DNA of 64,000 nucleotides from Carcharhinus longimanus (GCA_030264375.1 JASCQW010000061.1:32036017-32100016), one strand, 5' to 3'; positions 49,425 to 62,422 are shown, counted from the stretch's first letter. Notes: generated by a model from the sequence alone, not told the origin. Numbers and translations: made by a program.

Positions 49425-50127
49425 CACTCCTTCGTTAGCTGATGGGGAGTTCTGATCACAAACACGACATGCGCATGAGAACACCATCCGCCACGTACAC
49501 AGTACATACTTTTGCAACTCGGCCAACGTTGTCTACCGGGTACACTGCAGGAAAAGATGTCCCGAGGCTTGGTACACTGGGGAAACCATGCAGACGCTAC
49601 GCTAATGGATGAATGAACACAGCTCGACAATCGCCAGGCAAGGCTGTTCTCTTCCTGTTGGGGAAGACTTCAGAGGTCACGGGCATATGGCATTCTCCAC
49701 GAGCATTTTCCAAGGCGGCCTTCACGACACACGACATGCAGAGTCGTTGAGCAGAGACTGATAGCCAAGATCCGCACACGTGAGATGCCCTCAAGCAGGA
49801 TTTTGGTTTCATGTCACACTATTTGTAACTCCCGTGACTTGCCTGGGCTTGCAACATCTCACTGTCCTGTCTGGAGACAATACACATTACTTTAACCTAT
49901 GCTTAATGCTATCTCCAATCACATTGTCTGCATCTTTAAGACTTGATTAACTGTAAAGACTCAAATTCTAATCAGTATTTTGTAAACTGGGTGTCTTTAT
50001 ATTCCTGCTTGTGATCAGAACTCCCCACTCACCTGACAAAGAGGCAGAGCTCCGAAAGCTAGTGGTGTTTGCTACCAGATAAACCTGTTGGACTTTAACC
50101 TGATATTGTGAGACTTCTTACTGTGTG
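49425..50127 (+). mobile_element. 5'-truncated Penelope-like element (GIY-YIG endonuclease C-terminus + pseudo-LTR) with inverted pLTR fragment at its 5' end
   Basis: Degenerate CNSANVVY..CRKRCPEAWYTGETMQTLR..MNEH GIY-YIG coding at ~49510-49620. 3' tail ctccgaaagctagtg...aaacctgttggactttaacctg...gtgagacttcttactgtg. 49444-49461 is the reverse complement of 50009-50026. Confidence 0.88.
50028..50066 (+). ncRNA. Degenerate minimal hammerhead ribozyme motif of the Penelope pLTR
   Basis: cac-CTGACAA-a-gaggc-aga-gctcc-GAAA-gcta-gtg. Core is CTGANGA with one mismatch, followed by stem II, GAAA and palindromic AGCT (dimeric stem III), with cac/gtg as stem I. Confidence 0.6.
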
Positions 50128-50129
50128 TA

Positions 50130-50985
50130 CCTCTCCAGTAGCCAAGGAGGAATCAACAATTTGTGTCTGAGCCCCTGCAGTTTCCACTCAGACAACAGGC
50201 TCGGTCACATTTCTTCCGAACCGATACATTTGTCCACTTTTAATCCCACCAATACCCCTAATACCTCATCCCTCCCCACGGTAAATTTCTCTGGAACCTT
50301 CCAGTCTCTCTCCCCGAGTTCCAAACCTACCTCCTCATTCTCATGGCCGAAGACATATGTGAAATATTCGTTTAACACCCTACCAATTTTCTCTGCGTCC
50401 ACCCACAGATTTTCTCTTTGGTCCTGAATGGACCCTATTCTTTCCTTGGTTAGCCTCTTCCCATTGATATAGAATATCTTAGTATTTTGCCACTTTTACC
50501 AGCCACAGTTTTGTCATATCCTCTCTTTGCTCTCCAAAATCATAGAATCATAGAATCCCTATATTACAAGAAGGCTATTCGGCCCATTGAGTCTGTACCA
50601 TCCACGATTCCACCCAGGCATATTTCTGTAATCCCACACATTTATCTGCTAATCCACCTGAAACTAGGCTCAATTTAGCATGGTCAATCAACTTAACCTG
50701 CACTTGTTTGATCTGTAGGATGAAACCGGAGCACCCAGAGGAAACCCACGCAGACAGTGTGTAAATTCCACACAAACAGTCATCCAAGACCAGATTTGAA
50801 ACTGTGATCCTGGCGCTGTGAGGCAGCAGTGCTGACCACTGTGCCAGCATGTCACCAGATTGATTTCTTAAGCTCCATCCTGCACTTTCTATACTCCACT
50901 ATTACCTCTGCAATCTTACTCCTCTTATCTTTGTTCAAAAAAATACTTTCTTTTCTTTTCATTGTATCCTGAAAATTCTGGTTAT
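50130..50985 (-). mobile_element. CR1 ORF2 fragment with nested V-SINE (50539-50853, -)
   Basis: DAEKIGRVLNEYFTYVF...VLGVLVGLKVDK. Confidence 0.82.
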
Positions 50986-51534
50986 TGTCATAATCATTGT
51001 GTCGCAATGCCGTGAGATGGAGCTATCTTGCATTTCGTTGATTTTTTTTTTCTCTACAACCTAGTTATGGTTACAACACGACATTCTCCATTCTCTCCTT
51101 TCCTTCTCAATTGTATGGTATGCTTTGTCTGTTTAGTGCACAACAAAAACACTTTTTAGTGTATACTAATTGATGTACAAAAATTAATCAGGTTAAATCA
51201 AGTCGAATAGTGTATTATCCAGATACACTTCCATTGCTTACCCCCGTCACCCTGCATACTTACCATGCCTAATCAACCTAATCTATATATATTTCCTCAC
51301 TATAATGCAATCTAGCACGAGCAATCTACCTAACCATCAAGCCATTAGGGTTTTTATTATTTCTCCAGAATTTCAGGGTCAATGGTAGCAATAAACATGA
51401 AGAGGGCCTAAAATTCAAGCACAATAACAATTCGAAATTCCTTGAGAAATTTCGAGTTACCAATGCCAGGTTGTTTCAATAGACCTTAGTCTTACAGCCT
51501 CTTTAAAATACACATTATACACATCGCAGGAAAT

Positions 51535-52140
51535 AAAAATGTTTTGGCTGAATTGTTAGTGAGAACGTGAAGGGTACGTCCTGCCTCACAAATCTGATTG
51601 AATTCTTTGAGGAGGTAACAAATTGTGTGGACGAAGGTAGAGCCATTGATGTTGTATACATGGATTTTAAGAACATAAGAAATAGGAGCAGGAGTAGGCC
51701 ATCTGGCCCTTCGAGCCTGCCCCGCCATTCAATAAGATCATNNNNNNNNNNNNNNNNNNNNNNNNNNNNNNNNNNNNNNNNNNNNNNNNNNNNNNNNNNN
51801 NNNNNNNNNNNNNNNNNNNNNNNNNNNNNNNNNNNNNNNNNTATTTGACCTGCCAAAATGAACCACTTCACACTTATCTGGGTTGAACTCCATCTGCCAC
51901 TTCTCCGCCCAGTCTTGCGTCTTATCAATGTCTCGCTGCAACTCCTGACATCCCTCCACACTATCCACAACACCTCCAACCTTTGTGTCATCAGCAAACT
52001 TACTAACCCATCCCTCCACTTCCTCATCCAGGTTATGTATAAAAATCACAAACAGTAAGGGTCCCAGAACAGGTCCACTGGTAACTGACCTCCATGCAGA
52101 ATATGACCCATCTATAAACACTCTTTGCCTTCTGTGGGCA
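51535..52140. mobile_element. CR1 RT fragments in both orientations around a gap
   Basis: KGTSCLTNLIEFFEEVT...DVVYMDF (+); VLGPLLFVIFI...SKFADDTKVGG (-). Confidence 0.9.
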
Positions 52141-52894
52141 AGACTTCTACTGCCTCCTTTCAGGATGACTGGCTGAATCAGAAGCCAACCAGGCTATGTT
52201 GATTCCAGCAGTGGGTTCTCCCCTGGAATTAAGACCTAGGAGCAAAATGCCTATCCTAAGCTACTGGCTAATTTGGTGCTGTAAGAAGTCTCACCGAAAC
52301 GGCATCTCCACGTCATAATCTGATGTTGGCAGTTCTTCTGCTCAGCAGCGCTACAGGGGCGTTGGGAGTTCTTGAAAGAAACACATCTACCTAAGTGCCA
52401 GGATTGTGGAGAAACCCAGGCTGCAGTTAGGTAATGCAGGGATGATTTTGTGTGGTGAGGGTTGTGGGGAGAGGGTTGTGAGGGCATGGGCAACAAGGGC
52501 AGAGAGGTGACTCTCAGCACATTCCCCGTTTCCTAATGTCAATCAGGCATTCAGTGCCTTTGGTCACCTGTGGAGGTGACAATCTGACCACGTGGTTATA
52601 GCTGCTGTGCACACCACATGGTGACAGGCCTGCTTGCTGTAGTAATGGCTGCAGGGTGGGGCCCATAAATGGTCAGTAATCAGCCACTTAAGCCTCTCAA
52701 TTGGCAGTGGGGCAGTGAGATCAACTATGGGCCGTCCCACCCAGAACTCAATTCTGATGGAGGCAGGAAGGCAGCAGGGTCCCGGCACATTGCCAACCCA
52801 CCTAATTAAATGCCCACTCTGTCTCTCAGCACGCCACCAGTGAGAACAGAAGATTTGCGAAAAGATTGATTGTTAAAAAGTTAAAATAAAGCTC

Positions 52895-53080
52895 TCATCT
52901 GTTTCCTCCAGGTGCTCCTGTTTCTTGAGCTGATTGGCCATGATAAATTGCCTCTTAGTGTTAAGGGGAATGGAGGGTAAATGTGTGGGATTACAGAGAT
53001 AGGGCTTGGGTGATATTGTGGTCGGTGCAGGCTCGATGGGTCAAATGGCCTCCTTCTGCACTGTAGGGATTCTGTGATTC
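52895..53080 (+). mobile_element. V-SINE 3' part
   Basis: Core plus CR1 tail. Confidence 0.8.
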
Positions 53081-53759
53081 AGTTGATTTATACAAACAAT
53101 GGACAGAGTTGGTCACCAGTCATGATGATTAGAAATTCTACCCATCAGTGGCTGTGGTAGACTTGGATATTAAAGAGGTGTCTGCAGTTTACTTCAGGTA
53201 AGAAGTAAGCATTGATGAATCCAATTAGACTTTTCGAAGCTCTCATTTGCACAGAAGTATCCTTCACAGGGCAGCGCCACACAGAGTGTGCAGTCACAAT
53301 CGTTCATTTCTACAGCTCAACAGTGCAATGAGGCATTCACCTCCTGAAGTCACACATGATTTGGGCTGTTTTATTTTGCATAAACATGGACATTAACCAT
53401 AAATCTACACAAGTATGCTGTGCAAAATGCTCTTTTGAAGCAGTGTAATAATATATTAGTACTGACAGGATTTTAATGTTATAAAATATTAAAACTCAAG
53501 AACATAAGCAAGTAATTTGTTCGCTGTGTAAATATTTATAACTGGGAAATGTACAGTGTGATATTTTGTGAATATAACCTTCTATCTCAGTTTATCTGTT
53601 TTCGCCTTGAATGTACTCTGGGCAGGTCAATAACACAGCATGTGCTGGGATCTTAGTTCTGGCCGATCATTTTTCATACTTCTTGGCCCCTGACTTTGAC
53701 TGTGATAGGATTTCCATGTCAGGAGGGAATAGTTCTGGTAACATTGTAGAGTTTTAACA

Positions 53760-54036
53760 GGCGGCATGGTGGCAACAGTGGTCAGCGCTGCTGCCTCACA
53801 GCACCAGAGACTTGGGTTCAATTCTTGACTTGGGTCACTGTCTGTTTGGACATTCTGCGTGGATTTCCTCTGGGTGCTCAAGTTTCCTTCCACAGTCCAA
53901 AGATGTGCAGGTCAGGTGCATTGGCCATGCTAAATTCTCCCTCGGCGTACCCCAACAGGTGAATAGGGGATTATCACAGTAACTTCATTGTAGTGTAATG
54001 TAAACCTACTTGTGACTAATAAATAAACTTTACTTT
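53760..54036 (+). mobile_element. V-SINE, second tail type
   Basis: Head, core and tail present. Confidence 0.88.
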
Positions 54037-54337
54037 TGAATACGGCTCAGCATTGAACTGGGTAGTGCAATCACTAATGACCAGCTATGATCCAACATTA
54101 TGTCTAAATGCTATAAAGAGAGTCTTAAACTTAGTCACTGAGGGGGTGGCCTAACCCTTTACTGCTCAACCTGTCACTAGAGCGGAATGTCGGGATAAGA
54201 AAAATCAGCAGAAATCTTTCTGCTCTGAGGGTAGTCTCTGAGCAGCATCTCTGGTACAATAAACAGAGAACATGATGAGGAGGAACAGGGAACTGCAAGG
54301 TATTAGTAAGTGCAAATATCTCTTAATTTCATTTCAT

Positions 54338-54656
54338 TGGGGCATCACGGTGGCCCAGTGGTTAACACTGCTGCCTCAACACCAGGGACGTGGGTTTGAT
54401 TCCTGGCTTGGGTCACTGCCTGTGCTGAGTCTGCACATTCTCCCTGTTTCTGCATGGGTTTCCTTCGGGTGCACCAGCTGCCTCCCACAGTCCAAAAGAT
54501 GCGCTGATTAGGTGTGTTGGTCATGCTAAATTCTCCCTCAGTGTACCCGATTGGGCTNNNNNNNNNNGGCTCCGGAGCGTGGTGATTGGGGATTTTCACA
54601 ATAACTTCATTGCAGTGTTAATGCAAACCTGCTTGTGGACTAATATATAAACTTTA
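54338..54656 (+). mobile_element. V-SINE, second tail type
   Basis: Head, core and tail present. Confidence 0.88.
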
Positions 54657-57004
54657 ATGTATAATCATATCAAATCGAATGGATACCCACAGCAAGAGAA
54701 TCAAATATTGTAGCCACATCTCCATTGAAGGAAAGAAAAATGGAGTGCAATGTAAAACTGACTGCTTCCCCCCATTATAAAGCTGTTTGCATTCCTGGCA
54801 CAGAGCAAGTTTATTCCCTTAACTCCCACCATTTACTTGTAAGAATGCCCCTCAGATTTAAAAATAAAGACTTGCATTTCTGTGATACCTTTAATGACCT
54901 GAGGACATTTAAAAGCACTGCACAGCCGACAAAGTATTTTTGAAATGTCATGGAAGGGGATGTGGCAGCCAATTTACACATAGCATGTTCCCATAGACAG
55001 TAATGAGATAATGACTAGATAATCTGTTTTTTTTTCCCTGTGGTTTTGCTTCAGGGATAAATGTTAGGCCACTTTAGAAAGAAATTTGAAAACACATTTA
55101 CAGCAATGTGCAACTGATTATGTTCACAACCAACTGTTTGATAGTATGAATCATGGAGAATTAAGATGAAAAACTTACTTTGCATTATGATTCTATGAAT
55201 GATCTGTTAGTCTGTTTTTGATGTGTTGGTTCTCTGGACAGAATATTGCCTGGGATATTTGGAAAACATCGCTACTTTCCTATGAAGAAAAGCCATGGGG
55301 ATCTTTCACATTCACTCTTACAGGCAGTAAGGATTTAACTTCCAGTTGACAGCATTCCCAATAATGTTGGCGCTGAGCACTGCACTGATGTATCAGGCTG
55401 GAACTCATGCTTAAATTTCTCTCTCTCCTTCCTCCCCCAACACTGTGCTTGATCGGGTACAAGAATCCCAGCTGTGTTTCATGCCCTCCATTGCTCTGGT
55501 CAAATGTGACAGAATCTGTGGGCTACTATTGAATTGAATTGAATTAATAGTTTTCTATTTTGGTCATTTTAAAATTATGTATGTTTGCCTGAAATCTCTT
55601 TTTCCTCCTTGTGTTCTCTGCCCAAAGGCAGGTCCTTGGTGACTATTTGCTGGATCTCAGCAAATGATTTTTACTACAAGAAGGGTGAGGAAGCCAGGCC
55701 CTGAATTTACCTCAGCCAAAATGGGATGCAAACCTGCCCTGTTGGCATTATTCTGCTCACTGCCACCGGCCCCACCCCCTGCCCCCTTAACCCTTAAAAC
55801 TCCTATGAAAGATTAAATGAACTGACAAAATAAAGTGAACATAAACACCAGTAATACTGGAAATATATAGTAGGTCAGGCAGCATATGTGGAGAGAAAAA
55901 CAGAGTTAAAAGCTTGCATTTTCATTTCCGGTTTGGAAAATGCAAGTCGGGCAGTTTCTGAACCCATCACATCCTCCCATTCCCACCATATTTACATCTC
56001 CTGGAGACATGGGTGGGAAAGGTTTGGGTCTCTTTCCTCCCTACGCAGACCTGAAATACTAATGAAGCTATGGGAGTACTGAGGCAGCTGATTAGAGGAA
56101 CAACCTTAGTTCTCTGGGACATCAACCTAGCTCTCCAGATTATTCTTATGCCCCCTAACCCTCATGCACCCAACATCCCCACAATACTCCATGCCCCTTA
56201 TACTCCGTTTCCTCAAAGTGCTCTGCATAACTACTCACCTAGGATCCACTCTGTGCAGGGAGTGTCAATGTTGTAATATGCTTTTANNNNNNNNNNGCAA
56301 CATCGGGAACCATGTATTAGCAAGGGAAAGCCTCTGAAATTGACTTTAAAAAAAATTAAACCTCTTGCAATCTAATGAAATTTTCATTGGAACCCATGAA
56401 TATTCACATTGCGCGGAAAGAACTCTGGTCCCTCTGAAAAAGAAATCCCCTTACGTGGACATTAACTTGTGAAAAGAAGTTTCTATTCAGAAACCACGTC
56501 AAGGACAAATAAGTCCTAATATAATCCCTTAAAACTGTCAATTAAGTCATGTTATCAGTCCTAGGAACAACTGTATGGACAACCACCTATTGAGTTAACT
56601 GCTTTTTTCAACATTTGAAACTCAGCCAAGCATTCATAATCAGATCAGCTATCAAAACAAAGCATTACAACTCCAGGCAGTGGAGCTTATTGAAACTGAA
56701 AAAAACAGGTGGTTTGTTTTGTATGTCAAAGAAGGTGGCTATCAATCAAAGGAGTGGAGATTTATTTTTCTATAAGTTTAAACAGCAGGACATTTCTTTC
56801 AAAGTTAAAACACTCTGGATATTTAAATCACTGTTCGGATCATGATTGGAAGGATCCTAAGTACTGTTTTATACAGGTTTAGATGCTTTTCCCATGGAAA
56901 AGTACTCTAATGCATGTCAACACTTGCTGATGCTGGTCAATGTAGTAGTTAAGTTAGCTTTTCAATCAGAATCCTATTATGAATCACTACACTTAAAACA
57001 CATC

Positions 57005-57765
57005 AAATGTTAAGGGTGAGTATACAGTTAATGGCAGGCCCCTGAACAGCATTGATGTGCAGGGGGATCTTGGAATACAAGTTCATAGCTTCCTGAAAGT
57101 GGCCACACAAGTAGAGAGGGTGGTAAAGAAGTTGTATGGCATCCTTACTTTTATTGGTCAGGGCATTGAGTACAAGAGTCAGGATGTCATATTGCAGCTT
57201 TACTAAACTTTGGTTAGGCTGCACTAAGAGTATTGCATTCAGTTCTGGTCCCCACATTATAGGAAGGAAGTGGAGGCTTTGGAGAGGGTACAGAAGAGGA
57301 TTACCAAGATCCTGCCTGGATTAGAGGATATGAGCTATAAGGAGAGGCTAGAAAAACTAGGGTTATTTTCTCTGGAGTGGCGGTGGCTGAGGGACGATCT
57401 GATAGAAGGCTATAAAATTATGAGAGGCAGAGATAGGGTTGACAGTCAGAATCCTTTTCCTAGAGTTGTAATGTCTAATACTAGGGGACATACATTTAAA
57501 GTGAGTGGGGGAAAGTTCAAAGGAGATATGAGGGGCAAGCTTTTTATAAAGAATGGTACATATCTGGAAAGCACTGCAAGGGGTGGTGACAGAGGCAGAT
57601 ATGTTAGGGGTGTTTAAGGGGCTTTTAGATAATCACATGAATGTACAAGGAACAGAAGGATATAACTAAGGGCAGGCAGAAGAGATTAGTTTAATTTGGC
57701 ATCATTTTCAGCATAATATCATGGGCTGAAGAGCCAGTTCCTGTGCTATACTGTTTTATGTTCTA
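57005..57765 (+). mobile_element. CR1 LINE 3' portion
   Basis: ALERVQKRITKILPGLEDMSYKERLEKLGLFSLE...TRGHTFK. Confidence 0.92.
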
Positions 57766-59049
57766 CCTAACTTATAAGACAGCATTTAAAATGACATTTG
57801 ACCATCAAAACATTTTACACTTACCTGCCAGAATGTTGCTGACTCCTCAGCAGGCTTTCCCAAACTTTCCCAGAGTCTCTTATCTGGCAGGCTTCCCAAA
57901 AGCTTCCAAAACCCACCCAAACCAATGAAAATAGCAAAAGAGAAAATGCTGGAAAATCTCACCAAATCTGGCAGCATCTCTAAGGAGAGAAAAGAGCCAA
58001 CCCATCAAATCCACATGATCTGTTGTCAAAGCTTGTATTCAATGAAAATACTGTGCAACAGTAAACACCAATTACCTGAGTCATATTAATGGTGACCTTG
58101 AGATCACAGGTCATACATGTGGGCTATAACCCACACCTAAATCAAACATTTTCCTACCTGTAGAACATTGTGTGGGTATCTTTCAGAAGGACAAGTTAAA
58201 ATTTATGGTCTCAATTTTGCCAATTCCTGCACCCATTCCCAACTTTTTTTGCGATGTGAAACCCAACCCAAAATTTCAAGTCTGTGACCAAGATTTTATT
58301 TCAGATTTCTGGGACTCGCAGCACTTTGCTACGATACGTTAACATCGAGTTTATGTATGGAAGTGATTTGTTGCATTAATTGACCAACTTCGATTTTATC
58401 CCCATCAAAATTAATAGTGACCCCCAAATCGCACAGATCAGCAGACTCAGTGTCAACTCATCATGTGGGAAACAATTTTTATTTGACAAAATTGGTCTGA
58501 TATGGGGGTGCGGTCTTGAGCCTGGGCTGTCTGTCCATGAGAATGGTGGCAGGGACTCAAGCTCTGGCAAAACCCAGAAGTCACAAATCTTGCTGGCGAG
58601 ATTGCGGTCTCCAATTTTCGCTTCTGCTTGCTGGCGACATAATCAGGTTCATACTCACAGCAGGTGTGAATGTAATTTTAATGCATTTAAATACACTTTA
58701 ATATAATTAAAGACCCCTCTTCCTCTCCACACACTCCTCCCCCAGACGTATTTTCAAACTTTGCCGACTTGACATCACATCAGCGAGGTTTACAACAGGT
58801 TCACTTGGAGGTGAACCTGTCATGGGGATCCCCCCAGGTGTAAAGGTAAGTGTAGACTCCAGGGAACAGGGACATGGCCAAGCTGTGCCAGTCCCTGGCA
58901 CCATGCCAACCTGGCAGTGCCAACCTGTGCCAAGGTGCAGTCCCTAGTGGGATGCCATTGTGGGGGTGGGGGGGCAAGGGGGAGATTCATATGTGATGGT
59001 GAGAGGAGCAGATGTGGGAGGCCAGCGATGTTTGGGGGGGAAGGGGAGT

Positions 59050-59650
59050 TGCCGCCAGATTCTGGCAGGATGGAGGCTTCCTAACACATCTCCTGAACAG
59101 CCTGACCCTAACTTTTAGACTATGCCCCCTAGGTTGAAAATCTCGAACCAGCGGAAATAGTTTATCTTTATCTACCCAGTCTTTTACTGTTAATACCTTG
59201 AAAAGTTTGATTAGACCGCCCTTTAACCTTCTAATTTCTAGAGAAAAAAGTCTAATTTGTGTATTCTCTCCATTATTAAACCTTGANNNNNNNNNNNNNN
59301 NNNNNNNNNNNNNNNNNNNNNNNNNNNNNNNNNNNNNNNNNNNNNNNNNNNNNNNNNNNNNNNNNNNNNNNNNNNNNNNNNNNNNNNNNNNNNNNNNNNC
59401 TTACTGCCTTAAATGTGTCTAAGGCAAAGGTACAAAGAACAAAGAACAACACAGCACGGGAAACGGGCCTTTCAGCCCAACGAGCCCGCGCCGCCATTTT
59501 AACATTATGAGTGTTGGGCCAGGGAATCAAAACTTATTGGGAGTAAATGGTAATCAAAACACGAGCAGACCAGTCATGATTTTATTGAATTGCGGAGCAG
59601 GCTTGATGGACTGAATGGCCCACTAATGCTCCAATTTCGCATGTTTGTAA
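59050..59650. mobile_element. CR1 LINE 3' fragments around a gap
   Basis: Antisense CR1 piece; tail gcccaacgagcccgcgccgccat shared with 27025; another + tail at ~59510-59650. Confidence 0.7.
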
Positions 59651-60354
59651 TGTGAATAAACCAAGATTTGGAGAGGGTGGGGCTGGGGGAGTTGGGGGTG
59701 GGGGTTGGTTGAGGCTGGGGGGAGTTGGGGGCTGGTAACCAAACCAAAATCAGAGATTAGGCAACTGATCTATAGGGAGAGACTAAAGAAACAATGAATG
59801 AAGAAGAGAAGGTTCAGCGGAGACCCCATTGTAGTTTTCAAATTCTGATGGGTATACTACACTGAACATTAATAGATTGATCTGGGTTCAGAGAACATTT
59901 CCCGCCATGTGAGTTTGATGATTCAAATTCAGTTGAAAACTGATTTCGGTAAAAGTGATCGTGTAACCTTGAGATTATCGTAAAAACCCAGCTGGTTCAC
60001 TCAGGCCTGATCTAGTATGGCCTTGCTATGACTGCAGCCCCACACTAATGAGATTGATCCTTCATGGCCCTGTGAAGTGGGTCAGAGAAGATTTTTAATG
60101 AGGTAGATGTCCATGTCGACTATTCAAAGATGTGGGATTTGAAGGGCCAAATGGCCTTTACTCATTCCAACTTTTCTGAAGTCGTTACGCCAAGATGTAA
60201 TCTTTGCTCCAAAACACAGGGCTTCTCTCATTGACTCTGCTTCACTGTCATTGAGCTACTGCACTCCTGTCATCAGAATTCCCTCGATTCCTCTGCCTTT
60301 CCATCTCCCCAGTTTAAAAAAAACCCTCAAACCATTTAGACATGGTGTCACATC

Positions 60355-61565
60355 AGACCATATTTTACCATTTTGATTCGAAGGGCTGGGCAGAATTGAA
60401 TCTGGGTGTGTTTCAGATCTGACTTTTAGACCCATACTCAGACTCCCCCATATGCACTCTGCCTGAAAAACATAGCAGCAATTCTGAATCGCGTTGCAGA
60501 AGCAAATGGTCAGGGCTTAACACACCCGAAACACTGCAGCTCCGATCGCCTCCTCCAAATGCGCCTGCAGTAAAAAAACTTGAAAAATGCTCCCCTGCCG
60601 CATCATTCCCAGGCCAGATAATGCCTCCTCCTGGCTTCCACAGACATTGCCCCACTCCCCCCCAACAACATTATGACCCCCTTATCCCTCCACCTCCCCG
60701 NNNNNNNNNNNNNNNNNNNNNNNNNNNNNNNNNNNNNNNNNNNNNNNNNNNNNNNNNNNNNNNNNNNNNNNNNNNNNNNNNNNNNNNNNNNNNNNNNNNN
60801 NNNNNNNNNNNNNNNNNNNNNNNNNNNNNNNNNNNNNNNNNNNNNNNNNNNNNNNNNNNNNNNNNNNNNNNNNNNNNNNNNNNNNNNNNNNNNNNNNNNN
60901 NNNNNNNNNNNNNNNNNNNNNNNNNNNNNNNNNNNNNNNNNNNNNNNNNNNNNNNNNNNNNNNNNNNNNNNNNNNNNNNNNNNNNNNNNNNNNNNNNNNN
61001 NNNNNNNNNNNNNNNNNNNNNNNNNNNNNNNNNNNNNNNNNNNNNNNNNNNNNNNNNNNNNNNNNNNNNNNNNNNNNNNNNNNNNNNNNNNNNNNNNNNN
61101 NNNNNNNNNNNNNNNNNNNNNNNNNNNNNNNNNNNNNNNNNNNNNNNNNNNNNNNNNNNNNNCAAAGTGACAGCGGACCCCTGCCCCTCCACCAGAGAAC
61201 CATCTAACCCAACTTGTGCCCCCCATCAGAAAGTCATCTGACCTGCCTCCCTCCCTACCACCAGAGAATCATCTGACCTGCCTCCTCCCGACCAGAGTGC
61301 CATCTGACCAGCCTCCCTACCCCCCACCAGACAGTGATCTGACCTGCTTCCCTCTCCCCATACCAGAGAACCATCTGACCTGCCTCGCCGCCTCCATCAC
61401 CACTGATCTGAGTTAGAGTGTTGTGGGAGGGTGGGGCAATTTCAGCCACTGGTAAAGTGGGAACCGGCACGGAGGTGGGTATGGATTGCGCTACTCACCT
61501 CACACCTGACTTTAACAAGCTTTCGCGCCCAAAAACGGGTGCAACTTGATGGTAAAGTTGGGCCC
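60355..61565. mobile_element. Non-autonomous Harbinger-like element with internal minisatellite (gap inside)
   Basis: Ends gaccatattttaccat / atggtaaagttgggccc. Confidence 0.5.
61188..61411 (+). repeat. ~33-35-bp minisatellite (~6-7 copies)
   Basis: Unit ccaccagagaatcatctgacctgcctccctcc. Confidence 0.85.
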
Positions 61566-62422
61566 ATCAAATCTGTTCTGGTGCCTTTCCGAAATCCAAT
61601 CACCCAATTTAAACCTATTCCCCATTCACTTTGATATCCTTGCCTAGTATAATTTCATCTCCTGCTCACTTCCCATACACTGTCATCACATCTAATCTAT
61701 TCCTTTTCTTGTGCCAACTCCACAGATCTTTTAATATATAACCAGTCTAATCTCACTCTCATAATCTTTAATGTCCCACTTACCAATATTACAAACACTA
61801 TTTCCCTGCCCTTTCTCCATACCCCTTTTTTGCATTCTTCCTCTTCAAACACTCGCCTAATTTCCTTTGAAAGGTTATGTCAGAGTCAGTGAACACTCAG
61901 ACGGAAAAATATCTTAGTTTTCTCTGTGCGAAGTGGAAACAGTGAGATGAAACCCTCTGGAGGTCAGATATCTCAACACTTAAAACAAGTAAAGATAAGT
62001 GTCTCCCCAGGGGGTCAGCGCCCAAAAAGGTCAGCCCTCAAGTCTGTGAAACAGGAAACCTTGAAATCTGCCTGAACATCATTTCCTGGTGATGCTCGCT
62101 ATGATTCCACATGCTTTTCAAACTTTCCAGATGAAATCTTTGATCCCGAGAACATGGGAGGTAACGTAGCCGGTGCCAAACCAAACTCAACCCTTGGGCC
62201 TAGCTTCCTATCCTCCACTCCTGGTGTTTCCCACCTTACAAAACGACAAGTCTGGGAAAGAAAACGCCCAGTCAGTTTGGAAGTGACGACTTATAGAAGG
62301 CTTGTTTTATTTGGTGCCTCTGATCTCAGTTGTGGTCTGCAATTGCTTTTTCCTTTTATAGCATATGAATTGAGGGTCGACCGGGGTGAAGAATGCTGCG
62401 TTGTGTCTCTTCACCACTGGTG

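Noticed and set aside
49424-49426. In-frame TGA as a CGA>TGA nonsense mutation or selenocysteine codon
   Set aside because: The upstream sequence is an inverted copy of the Penelope pLTR, so the codon is junction sequence and not part of the gene.
57818-57930. Minus-strand splice donor (CAG|gtaagt) as a 5' exon of the toxin-like gene
   Set aside because: No recognisable SNTX coding or acceptor; it lies beside repeat sequence and cannot be supported without transcripts.
60603-61241. Long ORFs of 165-207 aa
   Set aside because: Artefacts of translating through a 462-N gap. The same applies to the other X-containing ORFs.
61188-61411. CRISPR-like array
   Set aside because: Eukaryotic context; the units are contiguous degenerate tandem repeats without unique spacers.
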